A stretch of 64,000 nucleotides of DNA from Bacteriovoracia bacterium (GTDB lineage Bacteria; Bdellovibrionota; UBA1018; JBFWNL01), in contig JBFWNL010000004.1 in assembly GCA_050251055.1 (NCBI GenBank), positions 256,001 through 320,000 of the forward strand, written 5' to 3'. How positions within the stretch are numbered: the stretch's first letter is position 1; every line of letters begins with the position of its first letter. The translations under genes were made by a program, and so were the position numbers. Under the pieces are notes generated by a model, which did not search any database, was not told the origin of the DNA, and was given only the letters and a program-made list of their open reading frames with translations. Below, in pieces: positions 40,401 through 50,251 of this stretch.

Positions 40401-40922
40401 GGCTTCGAGCTCTATACCGAACTTTTGGACGAAGCGATCCGCGAGCTGCAAGGGAAGGGGACTCCGCTCGAGGACCCCGGTAAGGAACCCGAGATCAAAA
40501 CTCCGTTCCCGGCTTTTTTGGATGACCGCTACATTCCGGACGTACACCAACGCTTATCGGTTTACCGCCGACTTGCCGGCGCCGCCGAAGAAGCCGAACT
40601 CGTGGCGATCGAAGAGGAACTCGCGGACCGCTACGGGAAGCTGCCGACCGAGGCCGAAAATCTGCTTTGGGTCATTCGCTTAAAGCAGCTCTTGAAACGC
40701 TCCCAGATCGAATCCATGACCGTCGGCGACCGCAAGTACACGCTTAAACCAGGCGCCGGCCACCGGTTCGACCCCCAGAAAATCCTGCAGGCCGTGCGCG
40801 CGGAAGCGGGTCGCATCCAAGTCATGCCCGACTCCCGCCTCGTGGTGGCTTTGCCCCCCGAACAAAAAAACTCCATCAAAGATTTGGCGTTCCACCTGGA
40901 AAAAACTCTCGCGAATTTCTAA
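37461..40922 (+). CDS. mfd: Transcription-repair coupling factor
   Basis: FAVRGDIVDVY, VHVEHGIG, CGDVGFGKTEVA, DEEHRFG, LTATPIPRTL, QLRGRVGR. Confidence 0.97.
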   Translation: MNSGELPLILKQMGTLPVFRLGGALPSAQAYLCRQLPHSLSIVVCQDEDAATVFAQNLQALSLEDSDAPLVLSLPSWEQSPYSAISPSIQVRQSRARALAHVLENQDGGSGRGLLDPTSRGLIVVTTLVALSQRTCPPSLFREARIVLEKNGVVGQREQLTSRLRDAGYLQVDPVEDPGTFAVRGDIVDVYPPQAEAPLRIELFDDQVERIREFDPATQRTRTGVEHARFVIYPAREVLIHPSNREAFRQRLKQRADDLGIPRQTRDPVLETLANGFYPEGADYWSALAYEGKHVFRDFLGKNATFFFSDELGCRQAFEAFQVRQRELSEEAKGSGRVVLDFPDIFSKVDAEAAAFDSYRRVYFDALELADRALDVRVETSPIVANSPDTARGAERMAQFAARIKSLGASPTLLGFASTQSQIDRMQYLFQENGLPPARWRIGAWGEGFAWPAQNLAVFSQADVLGETKKPSTTAPKQWSGLQNLSDLNVDDTIVHVEHGIGVYRGISRLQIMGGASDFLLIEYDEQAKLYLPVYRINLIQKYVGGREGMKLAKLGAGAFEKTKAKVRDSVKKLAINLLEVYAQRKIQKGLRFPARDAIFQEFEDRFPFQETPDQTQAIEDSFRDLESGRIMDRLICGDVGFGKTEVAIRAAFQAVISGKQVAVLVPTTILCIQHEQTFKNRIQKFPIRVESISRFKTRPEQQKLLQELAEGKIDVLIGTHRLLSKDVNFKKLGLIIVDEEHRFGVEHKEKLRAMKANTHVMTLTATPIPRTLHMALAGIRDISLMTTPPVHRLPIKTFVAKYDETLIKQAIETELARDGQVFFLHNRVQTIFRQAEKIQALVPAAKVRVGHAQMTEKELEDTMLAFYRKEFNVLVCTTIIESGLDIPSANTILINHADRFGLAQLYQLRGRVGRSNQRGYAYLLLSNDLALTEDAKRRLEVIQRFVELGSGFQIASHDLEIRGGGNVLGPEQSGNIASVGFELYTELLDEAIRELQGKGTPLEDPGKEPEIKTPFPAFLDDRYIPDVHQRLSVYRRLAGAAEEAELVAIEEELADRYGKLPTEAENLLWVIRLKQLLKRSQIESMTVGDRKYTLKPGAGHRFDPQKILQAVRAEAGRIQVMPDSRLVVALPPEQKNSIKDLAFHLEKTLANF

Positions 40923-40979
40923 TCACAACGCATAGCGATAAGATTGCTAATACATAGGGTGCCTGCTACTCTTTAATTC

Positions 40980-41801
40980 ATGAAGAATATGAAATACTTG
41001 ATGGCTCTGGGTGTGTGCGTTGCATTCTCGAACGTGGCGACGGCCGCGGTCGTGGCGGAGATCAACAACAAGCAAATCACCCTCGATTACTTCAACGAGA
41101 AGTATCAAGAGAGCGTGAAGTTCTACCAATACAACCCGCCCACGAAGGCGAACGTGCTCGACGAAATCATCAAGCGCGAGCTCGGCATCCAAGAAGCCGT
41201 GAAGATGGGCCTCGATAAGGATCCGGAAGTGATCGACCGGATGCAGACCGTGCTCTACCGCGCCCTGCTGGATCGGCGCCTCGGCAAGGAGATGGAAAAG
41301 ATCGAAGTCACCGATGGGGAAGCCAAGAGCTTCTACGATAAGAATCCGGAAATCCGCACCAGCCATATTTTCATCGCGCTCGCGCCGAACGCGACGCCCG
41401 CGCAGGAAAAAGAAGCCCGCGCGCGCCTGCAGGATATCAAAACTAAGTTCCTGGACCCGGGCAAGATGAGCTTCGCCGAAGTGGCCCAACGTTACTCGCA
41501 AGGCAGCGCGGCCCCGATGGGCGGCGACCTGGATTACCAGACCAAGGACAAGCTCGATCCCAAATACTACGAAACCGCCGTGGCCCTCAGGAATCCGGGC
41601 GCCGTCAGCGGAATCGTACGCACTCGCTTTGGTCTGCACATCATCAAGCTCACCGCCGTCCGCAAGTGGAACGACGCCGACAAGGCGAAATTCAAGCGCC
41701 TGGTATTCGAAGAACAACGCACCGAGATCTTCGAGAAGTTCATGAAGAGCTTGCGCGGCAAGTCCAAGGTCTCGGTTAACGCCGCGTTAATCAAAGAATA
41801 A
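40980..41801 (+). CDS. Exported PpiC-type (parvulin) peptidyl-prolyl isomerase
   Basis: Signal peptide; IRTSHIF, FAEVAQRYS, GGDL, VRTRFGLHIIKL. Confidence 0.9.
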   Translation: MKNMKYLMALGVCVAFSNVATAAVVAEINNKQITLDYFNEKYQESVKFYQYNPPTKANVLDEIIKRELGIQEAVKMGLDKDPEVIDRMQTVLYRALLDRRLGKEMEKIEVTDGEAKSFYDKNPEIRTSHIFIALAPNATPAQEKEARARLQDIKTKFLDPGKMSFAEVAQRYSQGSAAPMGGDLDYQTKDKLDPKYYETAVALRNPGAVSGIVRTRFGLHIIKLTAVRKWNDADKAKFKRLVFEEQRTEIFEKFMKSLRGKSKVSVNAALIKE

Positions 41802-41841
41802 GCTCGCAAAAGTGCGGGAAATCACGGTAGATTAGCGGCAA

Positions 41842-42822
41842 ATGCGCCGCTTAATCTCGTTTGCCCCGTTGTCGCTCGCAACCCTAATGATCGCCGGTTT
41901 TCCTTGCTCGGCGGCACATGCCAAGGGCGTCGTGCTGGACCGGCTCGAAGCCTCGGTCAATAACTCCCTCATCTTCCTCTCCGACGTCACCCAGTTCCGA
42001 AAAACGATCGCCTTACGCGGTCAGCTCGATCCCCTGTTCTCCGGATCTTCCTTCGCCAACTCGGCCGCGAGCGCATCCGATCACGACATCGTGCAGTTTC
42101 TCGTAGACGAGAAAGTCATCACCAGCCAATTCCCGGTGAAAGATCCCGAGGTCGAGCAGGAAATCAATTCCATCCAGGCGAACAACCGCATCTCGCGCGA
42201 CAACCTGAAGGCCGCGCTCCGTCAGCAAGGTTTCGCTTTCGAGGATTACTTCGAGCTGATCCGGGCCAGCATCAGCAAACGCGGACTGATCGAACGCGAC
42301 ATCCGCACCAAGGTGTTCATCTCCGACGACGACGTGAAGAATTACTTTTATAACCAGAATCCTTCCACTGGGAAGAACGTGTCGTACCGGATCAAGATCA
42401 TCACCGTGACCCCGGGCAACTATAAGACCCAAGCCGACGCCCGCAAGGCGATCCAAAAGGCACACGCGGCCGTTCAAGCGGGCGAGCCCTTCGAGGAAGT
42501 CGCCAAGCGCATCAGCGACGATCCGTCGTCGGCCACGGGTGGTGAGCTCGGCACGCTTTCCGAGGAAGAGATGTCCGCGCAGATCCGCAAGGAGATCAAG
42601 CCGCTGAAAGTCGGCCAAACCAGCGGAATCTTGGGTTCGGACTCCACGTCTTATTTCATCTTGAAGCTCGTCGATATTAAGTCGAGCCAAGACGACAAGC
42701 TGAACGCCCTGAAGGAGCAGCTCCGCGGGCAACTGGCCGCGAAGGAATACGCGCACCAAATCGAGCTCTGGATCCAGCGCGAGCGGCAAAAGGCCTTCAT
42801 CCACATCGCGCATGCCAAGTAA
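41842..42822 (+). CDS. surA: SurA-like chaperone/PPIase
   Basis: LDRLEASVNNSLI SurA N-terminus; FEEVAKRISDD..GGELG parvulin domain; lies upstream of pdxA. Confidence 0.85.
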   Translation: MRRLISFAPLSLATLMIAGFPCSAAHAKGVVLDRLEASVNNSLIFLSDVTQFRKTIALRGQLDPLFSGSSFANSAASASDHDIVQFLVDEKVITSQFPVKDPEVEQEINSIQANNRISRDNLKAALRQQGFAFEDYFELIRASISKRGLIERDIRTKVFISDDDVKNYFYNQNPSTGKNVSYRIKIITVTPGNYKTQADARKAIQKAHAAVQAGEPFEEVAKRISDDPSSATGGELGTLSEEEMSAQIRKEIKPLKVGQTSGILGSDSTSYFILKLVDIKSSQDDKLNALKEQLRGQLAAKEYAHQIELWIQRERQKAFIHIAHAK

Positions 42823-43846
42823 TCCACCCCTCCCTCCGGTGGTGTTGATCACCCCCGGCGATCCCAACGGGATCGGGCCGGAGGTCGTGGCCAAGGTTTT
42901 CCGAAAATCCAAATTCCCAAAGTCTGTCCGCTTCGTCTGCGTGGGGGCGGAGGCGCCGCTGAAAAAACTAAGGGTGAAATACCGTATCCCTGGCTCGCAC
43001 GCCGAACTGGGCGGCATCCGCCGCGCGAAACCCGGAACCCTTTGGCTCTTACCCACGCCCAACCCGCCGGCGGGATTTACACGTACCGCGAAAGCGGGTT
43101 TTCAGTCCGGGTGGTCTATCAGCGCGAGCGTGAAGCTCCTCCAGGCGGGTTCCGCCGATGCGCTCGTCACCGGTCCCATCAGCAAGGAAAACCTGCAGGC
43201 CGGGGGTTTTCCCTATCATGGCCACACCGACTTCTTGGCCGACCTCGCGCGGCCGAGCCCCGAAGCCCACGCGGTCGAGGTCACGATGATGTTGGCCAAT
43301 TCCCAACTTCGCGTCTCGCTCGTAACCGTCCATCAATCCTTGCGGCAGGTGCCCGATTCCCTCACGCGCGAGGGGATCGTACGCGCGGTAATGCAAACCT
43401 GGGAGCACCTCACGGGATTTTGCGGCATCTCGCGGCCCAAGATCGCCGTCACGGCACTCAATCCCCACGCGGGAGAAGCGGGCATCTTAGGTCGGGAAGA
43501 AATCGAGATCATCACTCCCGCGCTAGACGAACTCCGCGCGAAACTGGGAAGAAAATGCGAACTCACGGGCCCGCACCCGGCCGACACGCTGTTTGCGATG
43601 AACCAGCTCGCGAAACCCAAGGAACGGGTCGACGCGGTGGTTTGCATGTACCACGACCAGGGATTGATTCCGGTGAAGCTCTTGGATTTCCCGAATACGG
43701 TAAACCTTACCCTCGGGCTGCCCTTTATTCGCACCTCAGTGGATCACGGGACTGGTTTTGACATCGCCGGACGCGGAATAGCAGACCCTTCCAGTATGGA
43801 AAGCGCGATTTGGCTCGCGCTCGACATGATCCAAAAAAGTCGCTAA
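42812..43846 (+). CDS. pdxA: 4-hydroxythreonine-4-phosphate dehydrogenase
   Basis: TPGDPNGIGPE, GHTDFL, NPHAGE, MYHDQG, RTSVDHGT. Confidence 0.96.
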   Translation: MPSNPPLPPVVLITPGDPNGIGPEVVAKVFRKSKFPKSVRFVCVGAEAPLKKLRVKYRIPGSHAELGGIRRAKPGTLWLLPTPNPPAGFTRTAKAGFQSGWSISASVKLLQAGSADALVTGPISKENLQAGGFPYHGHTDFLADLARPSPEAHAVEVTMMLANSQLRVSLVTVHQSLRQVPDSLTREGIVRAVMQTWEHLTGFCGISRPKIAVTALNPHAGEAGILGREEIEIITPALDELRAKLGRKCELTGPHPADTLFAMNQLAKPKERVDAVVCMYHDQGLIPVKLLDFPNTVNLTLGLPFIRTSVDHGTGFDIAGRGIADPSSMESAIWLALDMIQKSR

Positions 43847-43884
43847 AAAGAACGGTTCATAAAACGTTTTTTGGAGCCACGCCT

Positions 43885-45300
43885 ATGAAAGTTAATGCTT
43901 CCATCTTCCGCGAGTACGACATCCGCGGCATCGCCGCCACCGACCTTTCGGCCGAGTTCGCCGAGAACCTGGGCCTCGCCTACGCGCGCTTCCTACGCGA
44001 GCAGCTGCCGCAGCAAAAGCAGTTCAACGTCTCCGTCGGCCGCGACTGCCGCCTCACCGGCGACCTATTGGCCAACGCGTTGATCTTGGGGATGCGCAAA
44101 GGCGGGCTCAACGTCGTATCCATCGGCGTATGCCCGACGCCGCTCACTTATTTCAGCCTCTTCGAGCTCAGCCTCGACGGGGGAATCATGGTGACGGGCT
44201 CGCACAACGCCTCCGAATACAACGGCTTTAAAATCTGCGTCGGCCGCTCCACCATCCATGGCGAGCAGATCCAAGTCCTCCGGAAGTACATGGAGCAGGG
44301 CACGCCACCCGCCGCGGAGATGGGGTCTTTCCGTGAAACCAATCTCATTCCAGAGTACATCGATTACGTCGCCGCGCGTTTCCCAGGTTTGCAAAAAAAG
44401 AAAATCGTCCTCGATGCCGGAAACGGTACCGCCAGCACGGTGGCACCGGAGCTCTTTAAGCGCTTGGGCGCGGACGTCGTTCCACTTTACTGCGAGCTCG
44501 ACGGCCGCTTCCCCAATCATCATCCGGACCCCACGGTCCCCGAAAACCTTCAAGACCTAATTGCCGCCGTGAAGCGGGAGAAAGCCGACTTCGGCGTGGG
44601 CTTCGACGGCGACTCGGACCGCATCGGGCTGGTCGACGAAAATGGGCGTATTGTCTACGGCGATGAGCTGATGATTATCTTTTCCCGGGACATCCTTAAA
44701 TCCATTCCCGGTTCCACGATCATCAGCGAAGTGAAGTGCAGTCACCGCTTGTATGAAGACATTGCTAAGCACGGCGGGAATCCCATCATGTGGAAAACCG
44801 GTCACTCCCTCATTAAATCCAAAATGAAGGAAACCAAGGCCGCCCTGGCCGGCGAGATGTCCGGGCATATTTTCTTCGCCGATCGTTATTTCGGCTTTGA
44901 TGACGCCATTTACGCGGCCGTACGGGTATTCGAGATCTCCTCAAAAACCAACCAGAAGATATCTTCGCTCATCTCCGACCTGCCCCAGGTCGTCGCCACC
45001 CCGGAAATCCGGGTGGACTGCGAAGAAGACCGGAAGTTCGCGCTCGTGGCGGAAACCAAGCGCCTATTGAGCCAGTCCTTCAAAACGATTGATATCGATG
45101 GCGTCCGGGTAAACTTCACCGGGGGCTGGGGCTTGGTGCGGGCTTCCAACACCTCGCCAGTGCTCGTGCTCCGCTTCGAGGCGCCCGACGAAGCCAAGAT
45201 GATAGAGTTCAAGACCACCGTTTACACCGCGCTCAACACGGCGGCCAAAACCGTGGGGCACCCCGCGATCTCCCAGGCCTCGGGAGCCCATGGCCACTGA
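43885..45300 (+). CDS. Phosphomannomutase/phosphoglucomutase (AlgC-like)
   Basis: [32 protein letters not shown]; ATG at 43885. Confidence 0.95.
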   Translation: MKVNASIFREYDIRGIAATDLSAEFAENLGLAYARFLREQLPQQKQFNVSVGRDCRLTGDLLANALILGMRKGGLNVVSIGVCPTPLTYFSLFELSLDGGIMVTGSHNASEYNGFKICVGRSTIHGEQIQVLRKYMEQGTPPAAEMGSFRETNLIPEYIDYVAARFPGLQKKKIVLDAGNGTASTVAPELFKRLGADVVPLYCELDGRFPNHHPDPTVPENLQDLIAAVKREKADFGVGFDGDSDRIGLVDENGRIVYGDELMIIFSRDILKSIPGSTIISEVKCSHRLYEDIAKHGGNPIMWKTGHSLIKSKMKETKAALAGEMSGHIFFADRYFGFDDAIYAAVRVFEISSKTNQKISSLISDLPQVVATPEIRVDCEEDRKFALVAETKRLLSQSFKTIDIDGVRVNFTGGWGLVRASNTSPVLVLRFEAPDEAKMIEFKTTVYTALNTAAKTVGHPAISQASGAHGH

Positions 45301-47866
45301 AAATCTCCAAAATGACGAGGCCATCGTCATCAAGGGGGCCAAGGTCCACAACCTAAAGAACGTGGACATCACGATCCCGCGGGGAACTTTCACCGTCATC
45401 ACCGGTCCTTCGGGTTCCGGGAAATCCTCGCTCGCATTCGACACCATTTACGCCGAAGGCCAGCGCCGCTACGTCGAGAGCCTCTCTGTATACGCCCGGC
45501 AATTCTTGGAGCAACTCGGCAAGCCCGATGTCGAATCCGTGTCGGGTTTGAGCCCGACCATCTCCATCGAACAGCGCACGACCAGCCTCAACCCGCGCTC
45601 CACCGTGGGCACGGTCACCGAGATCTATGATTATCTGCGCCTGCTGTACGCGCGCATTTCCAAGCCGTTTTGCTATAACTGCGGGAAACCCATTCAATCC
45701 CAGTCCCAACAACAGATCGTCGACACGATCCTGGCTTCCGACGAAAACACCAAGCTCGCCATCCTGGCGCCCGTGATCAAGGGCCGTAAAGGCGAGCACC
45801 AGAAGGAGATGCTGCAGCTTCGGCAGCGCGGTTTCGTGCGCGTCCGGATCGACGGCGAGATGAAGGATCTTTCGGAGGACTTCGTCGTCGATAAGAATAA
45901 AAAGCACGACATCGAGGTCTACGTCGATCGCCTCATCGTTAAAGGTGATCGGAGCCTGCTCTCCTCGCGCGTGAGCGACTCGGTCGAGCTCGCGTTAAAC
46001 CTCGGCGCCGGCGCATTGATTCTAGAAGCCCACGCAGGGGAAAAGAAGCACGACACCCTGCTCTCGGAGAAATTCGCCTGTACCGACTGCGGAATTAGTT
46101 ACCCCGAGCCCGAGCCCCGTACCTTTTCGTTCAATAGCCCCATGGGGGCATGCCCCCGTTGCGATGGACTCGGGTTTGACCCCGACTTCTTGTCCGAAGA
46201 GGCGGACGCGGACGCGGAGATCCCGGAAATCGTGGTGCCAAAAACACCACCCCCCTGCGTGGAGTGCTTGGGCACGCGCCTACGCAAGGAAAGCCGCTTT
46301 TACCGCCTGGGCAAACAAAGCATCGCCGATCTTTGCGATCTAGCGATTTTGGATCTGGGGAAATTTTTCCAGGACCTGAAGCTTAGCCAGCGGGAAACCC
46401 TGATTGGCGAGCGCATCGTAAAGGAAATCGCCGAACGCCTGCGGTTTTTGAATCGCGTGGGCGTGGGTTACTTGAGCCTGAACCGCTCCGCCCGTACGCT
46501 CTCGGGCGGGGAAGCCCAGCGGATTCGCCTGGCCACGCAAATCGGCAGCTCGCTCGTGGGTGTGATTTACATTTTAGACGAGCCCAGCATCGGCCTCCAC
46601 CCCCGCGATAACCACATGCTACTGGGCACGTTGACGGATTTAAAAAACCTCGGGAATACCGTGCTCGTCGTCGAACACGACCGCGAAACCATGGAAGCCG
46701 CCGACTGGATCGTCGACATGGGTCCTGGCGCCGGCACCAAAGGCGGCGAGGTCATCGCGGAAGGACCCTTGAAAGCCATCACGGGGAACAAGCAAAGCGT
46801 GACCGGGAAGTACCTCAAGGGGACGCTTGAAATTGCCGTACCACCGCAACGCCGCGCCTGGAGCAACCAAAAGGCCATTACCTTAAAAGGCGCCAGCGGG
46901 AATAACCTCAAAAACGTTTCCGCCACTTTTCCGTTGGGGGTGCTCACCTGTGTGACCGGTGTTTCGGGCAGCGGCAAGAGCACGCTGGTGATCGACACGC
47001 TCTACCGGCTCTTGCTCCAAAAGGTCTATAAGATCGACGCAAGCGACGTGAAGGTCGGCGGCGTGCAAGGACTCGAGCACATCGATAAGGTGATCGACAT
47101 CGACCAAAGCCCCATCGGCAAGACCCCACGCTCCAATCCATCCACCTACATCGGGCTATTTAGCCTCATTCGCGATCTCTTCGCCAATCTGCCGGATAGC
47201 CAAATCCGTGGTTATAAGCCGGGCCGTTTTTCCTTTAACGTGAAGGGCGGCCGCTGCGAAACGTGTGAGGGTGACGGCGTCACCAAGATTGAAATGCACT
47301 TCCTGCCGAACGTGTACGTGAAGTGCGATACTTGCCAGGGTAGGCGCTACAACCGAGAAACGCTCGAGATCCGCTACAAAGGGAAAAATATTTCAGACGT
47401 GCTTTCCATGACTGCGCTCGAGGCGCTCGAGTTCTTCGACGCCGTCCCACAAATCAAGTGGCGGTTAAGCGTACTCAACGACGTCGGCCTGTCCTACATC
47501 ACGCTCGGGCAAGCCGCGACGACCCTCTCGGGCGGAGAAGCCCAACGCATCAAGCTCGCCAAGGAGCTCTCCAAGCGCGCTACCGGAAAGACGGTTTATA
47601 TTCTCGACGAGCCGTCCACCGGCCTTCACTTCGACGACGTGAAAAAACTCATTCAGATCCTCCAGCAGCTCGTCGACCAGGGCAACACCGTGATCGTCAT
47701 CGAGCACAATCTCGACATCATCAAGGTCGCCGATCACGTCCTCGACATCGGACCCGAAGGGGGAGGCGCCGGGGGGCGGGTGGTCGCTACCGGCACTCCT
47801 GAGGAAGTCGCTGCGCATGAAAAGAGCGAAACGGGGCGTTTCTTGAAACCTTACCTAAAGGAATAA
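45290..47866 (+). CDS. uvrA: Excinuclease ABC subunit A (lacking the insertion domain)
   Basis: [23 protein letters not shown], two LSGGEAQRI signatures, GVSGSGKS, C-terminal Zn finger. Confidence 0.97.
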   Translation: MATENLQNDEAIVIKGAKVHNLKNVDITIPRGTFTVITGPSGSGKSSLAFDTIYAEGQRRYVESLSVYARQFLEQLGKPDVESVSGLSPTISIEQRTTSLNPRSTVGTVTEIYDYLRLLYARISKPFCYNCGKPIQSQSQQQIVDTILASDENTKLAILAPVIKGRKGEHQKEMLQLRQRGFVRVRIDGEMKDLSEDFVVDKNKKHDIEVYVDRLIVKGDRSLLSSRVSDSVELALNLGAGALILEAHAGEKKHDTLLSEKFACTDCGISYPEPEPRTFSFNSPMGACPRCDGLGFDPDFLSEEADADAEIPEIVVPKTPPPCVECLGTRLRKESRFYRLGKQSIADLCDLAILDLGKFFQDLKLSQRETLIGERIVKEIAERLRFLNRVGVGYLSLNRSARTLSGGEAQRIRLATQIGSSLVGVIYILDEPSIGLHPRDNHMLLGTLTDLKNLGNTVLVVEHDRETMEAADWIVDMGPGAGTKGGEVIAEGPLKAITGNKQSVTGKYLKGTLEIAVPPQRRAWSNQKAITLKGASGNNLKNVSATFPLGVLTCVTGVSGSGKSTLVIDTLYRLLLQKVYKIDASDVKVGGVQGLEHIDKVIDIDQSPIGKTPRSNPSTYIGLFSLIRDLFANLPDSQIRGYKPGRFSFNVKGGRCETCEGDGVTKIEMHFLPNVYVKCDTCQGRRYNRETLEIRYKGKNISDVLSMTALEALEFFDAVPQIKWRLSVLNDVGLSYITLGQAATTLSGGEAQRIKLAKELSKRATGKTVYILDEPSTGLHFDDVKKLIQILQQLVDQGNTVIVIEHNLDIIKVADHVLDIGPEGGGAGGRVVATGTPEEVAAHEKSETGRFLKPYLKE

Positions 47867-47983
47867 AGACAATAATTACAAATAGTTAATACGATTAAAA
47901 TATTTGTTGATTAATTAAGTCAAATAATTTAAACCCATCTTCGATCAGGGCATGAAGGGCAAACTTTATTTAAAGGAGTTCTC

Positions 47984-48682
47984 ATGTCTTCTATCTCTTA
48001 CGTTGGATTGTGTTTAACTCTGATCCTAAGTCTCACTTCCGCCTACGCCGGCGAGACCATCCATAAAAAGACCGTAGCCGAACGATTGATTCACTTCCTG
48101 GGAGACTATGAGCTCACTTCCCATCGCGCGGACTCCTACCATGCCGGCATCACTGAACAGGACGGCTGTCCCGTCGCCGTCCGCACCCTGATCGAAGAGG
48201 ATGAATTCGAGGGAAAATCTCGCACGAATATTCGCTTAATTGCCATCGACCCAAAAACCAGGGAACGCGACATGCTTGCGTTCATCTCCGATTCGATGAC
48301 CATTCGCGGCGTCGGTGAGCCTACTACCATTTCAAAGGTATGGTTTTCCAGCCCAGGTCCGATCGACGCGGCTTTCGGTAACGGACGCCACGAGCTTCTG
48401 CCGACACTGATGAAAATCGAACGCTCGTGCTCTTTGTCTCCGGACGATAAGACCATCACTCTCGCGCAAAAGACGAGTGCGACTTATAGAATCGGCACCG
48501 AGAAATTCAGCATTCCGGCTTGGAGCCAAGGCTCTGAAAGCGTGCTCACCACCCTCACCGAAGAAAACCAAGTGATGACTTTTAACCTATCTTTCCCCAA
48601 GGAGAAGAAGGGAAGGGTGCTCGTCCACGAATGCGTTTACAAGCGGCTTCCCGAACTCGCTAAGGACTCCGCCGAAAAATAG
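47984..48682 (+). CDS. Secreted hypothetical protein
   Basis: AAGGAG RBS, signal peptide ending AYA, followed by a terminator. Confidence 0.78.
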   Translation: MSSISYVGLCLTLILSLTSAYAGETIHKKTVAERLIHFLGDYELTSHRADSYHAGITEQDGCPVAVRTLIEEDEFEGKSRTNIRLIAIDPKTRERDMLAFISDSMTIRGVGEPTTISKVWFSSPGPIDAAFGNGRHELLPTLMKIERSCSLSPDDKTITLAQKTSATYRIGTEKFSIPAWSQGSESVLTTLTEENQVMTFNLSFPKEKKGRVLVHECVYKRLPELAKDSAEK

Positions 48683-48714
48683 CCTTTTGGCAGACGGCTA
48701 GATATCTAGAAATA

Positions 48715-48750
48715 AAAAGCCCGCCCCGGCTTACGCTAGGGCGGGCTTTT
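48715..48750. terminator. Bidirectional rho-independent terminator
   Basis: AAAAGCCCGCCC...GGGCGGGCTTTT between the convergent orphan and atpE. Confidence 0.88.
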
Positions 48751-48789
48751 AGAATTTCGATCCGTTCTGATCGACGTCGTTAAGGACGA

Positions 48790-49104
48790 TTAGTACTTAA
48801 TGAGCGCGATGATGAACGAGAAAATCACGAGGGACTCGGTGAGCGCCATCGCGATAATCATGGGGCCTTGGAGGTTGGCTTGCGGGTTGCGAGCCATGCC
48901 TTCGAGAGCGGCCGAAGCGGAACGGCCTTGGCCGAGACCGCAGCCGAAAGCGGCGAGGCCGATGGCCAAAGCGGCGCCCAGGGCTCCGATGCCTTCCTTC
49001 GCGCCGGCGGCGGGAGCGTCGTTTGCCATGGCAACCGACGAAACCATCATCGCCAAGCAAGCAACCGTAAACAGGACCGACTTTTTGTTTTTCAAGAAGT
49101 TCAT
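48790..49104 (-). CDS. atpE: F0 ATP synthase subunit c with N-terminal signal-like extension
   Basis: GxGxGxG-type helix, ARNPQ loop, ALTESL carboxylate. Confidence 0.95.
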   Translation of the reverse strand: MNFLKNKKSVLFTVACLAMMVSSVAMANDAPAAGAKEGIGALGAALAIGLAAFGCGLGQGRSASAALEGMARNPQANLQGPMIIAMALTESLVIFSFIIALIKY

Positions 49105-49117
49105 GAGATACCCTTTC

Positions 49118-49831
49118 TTAATGATCATGAGCCGTTGATAACGAAATATAGACCATTGTCAATATCGTAAAGACAAAGGCCTGGATGAAACAGACGAACG
49201 CGCCCAACCCGTAGAAGATCGTTGGAACGATATACGGGGTGAGTTCGCTGAAGACCGACAACACCATGTGGTCGCCGAAAATGTTCCCGCGCAGACGCAG
49301 TCCGAGCGAGATCGGGCGCACAAAGTGCGAGATCACTTCGATCAAGAAGATCATGGGGGCGATCCACCAGACCGGGCCCATGAAGTGCTTGAGATAAGCC
49401 ATGCCGTTTTCCTTGAAACCCAGGTAATTGTAATAAACGAAAACGATCGTGCCCAAAGCGACGGTCGTGTTCAGGTCATCCGTCGGCGGACGAAAACCGG
49501 GCAACAGGCCAAGGAGATTCGAAATGAAGATGAAGAGAAACAAGCTGCCGATGAAGGGATAGAAGCGTTTCGTCTGGTGCTCGCCCAAAATGCCCTCGGC
49601 GAATGAGTAAAGCTTCTCGGCCATGATTTCGAAGAAATTCAAAAAAGTCCAACGCGGCGCCGGGACCAATCCGCCGTCGACAGATTGCATCGACCGCTTC
49701 AGCTGCAGACGAGCGATCCAGGTCACGGCGATCAGCATCACACCCACGAAGAGCGCGGACACGACGTGAATCGGAAGTCCCGCTAGAAATGGGATTTGGT
49801 GAAACCAAAGAAATCCATGATTGTCATGCAT
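49118..49831 (-). CDS. atpB: F0 ATP synthase subunit a
   Basis: NLLGLLPG, PTDDLN, RPISLGLRLRGN, FIQAFVF. Confidence 0.96.
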   Translation of the reverse strand: MHDNHGFLWFHQIPFLAGLPIHVVSALFVGVMLIAVTWIARLQLKRSMQSVDGGLVPAPRWTFLNFFEIMAEKLYSFAEGILGEHQTKRFYPFIGSLFLFIFISNLLGLLPGFRPPTDDLNTTVALGTIVFVYYNYLGFKENGMAYLKHFMGPVWWIAPMIFLIEVISHFVRPISLGLRLRGNIFGDHMVLSVFSELTPYIVPTIFYGLGAFVCFIQAFVFTILTMVYISLSTAHDH

Positions 49832-49837
49832 TCGCGA

Positions 49838-50251
49838 CTAACCTCGACGTACCTTACCCAACCACAACAGCCCTACCGCTCCGAAAAGGGGCACGACTAT
49901 CAGAGTCACCAGACCGATCGAAACCGCGGCAACTGGGATGTTTTTCTTCAGAAAAACGGATGTGCCAATACCTACTAGACAAGCTATTTTTAAGAAACCC
50001 CAAAATACCCAAGTTCTTCGATTTTCCTCGTTCCGCTCGGTCATTAAGAGCGCGGTCTTAAAAAGCAAAAACAGATTCAGAACGCTCAACCCCCAGTACA
50101 GGAAGAACCAACCGTAGTTTCCGGTGGCGGTCGCCTCTAAAATTTCTGTGAGAAAAACCCCGATCGGCACCCAGGCCAAGGCTACGAAACCGAAAACTTT
50201 GAAAACTTGGGAAGCGGTGAAGCCCCCCATCGACGGCGGGGGAGAGTTCAT
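49838..50251 (-). CDS. AtpI-like small membrane protein
   Basis: About four TMs, directly upstream of atpB. Confidence 0.6.
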   Translation of the reverse strand: MNSPPPSMGGFTASQVFKVFGFVALAWVPIGVFLTEILEATATGNYGWFFLYWGLSVLNLFLLFKTALLMTERNEENRRTWVFWGFLKIACLVGIGTSVFLKKNIPVAAVSIGLVTLIVVPLFGAVGLLWLGKVRRG

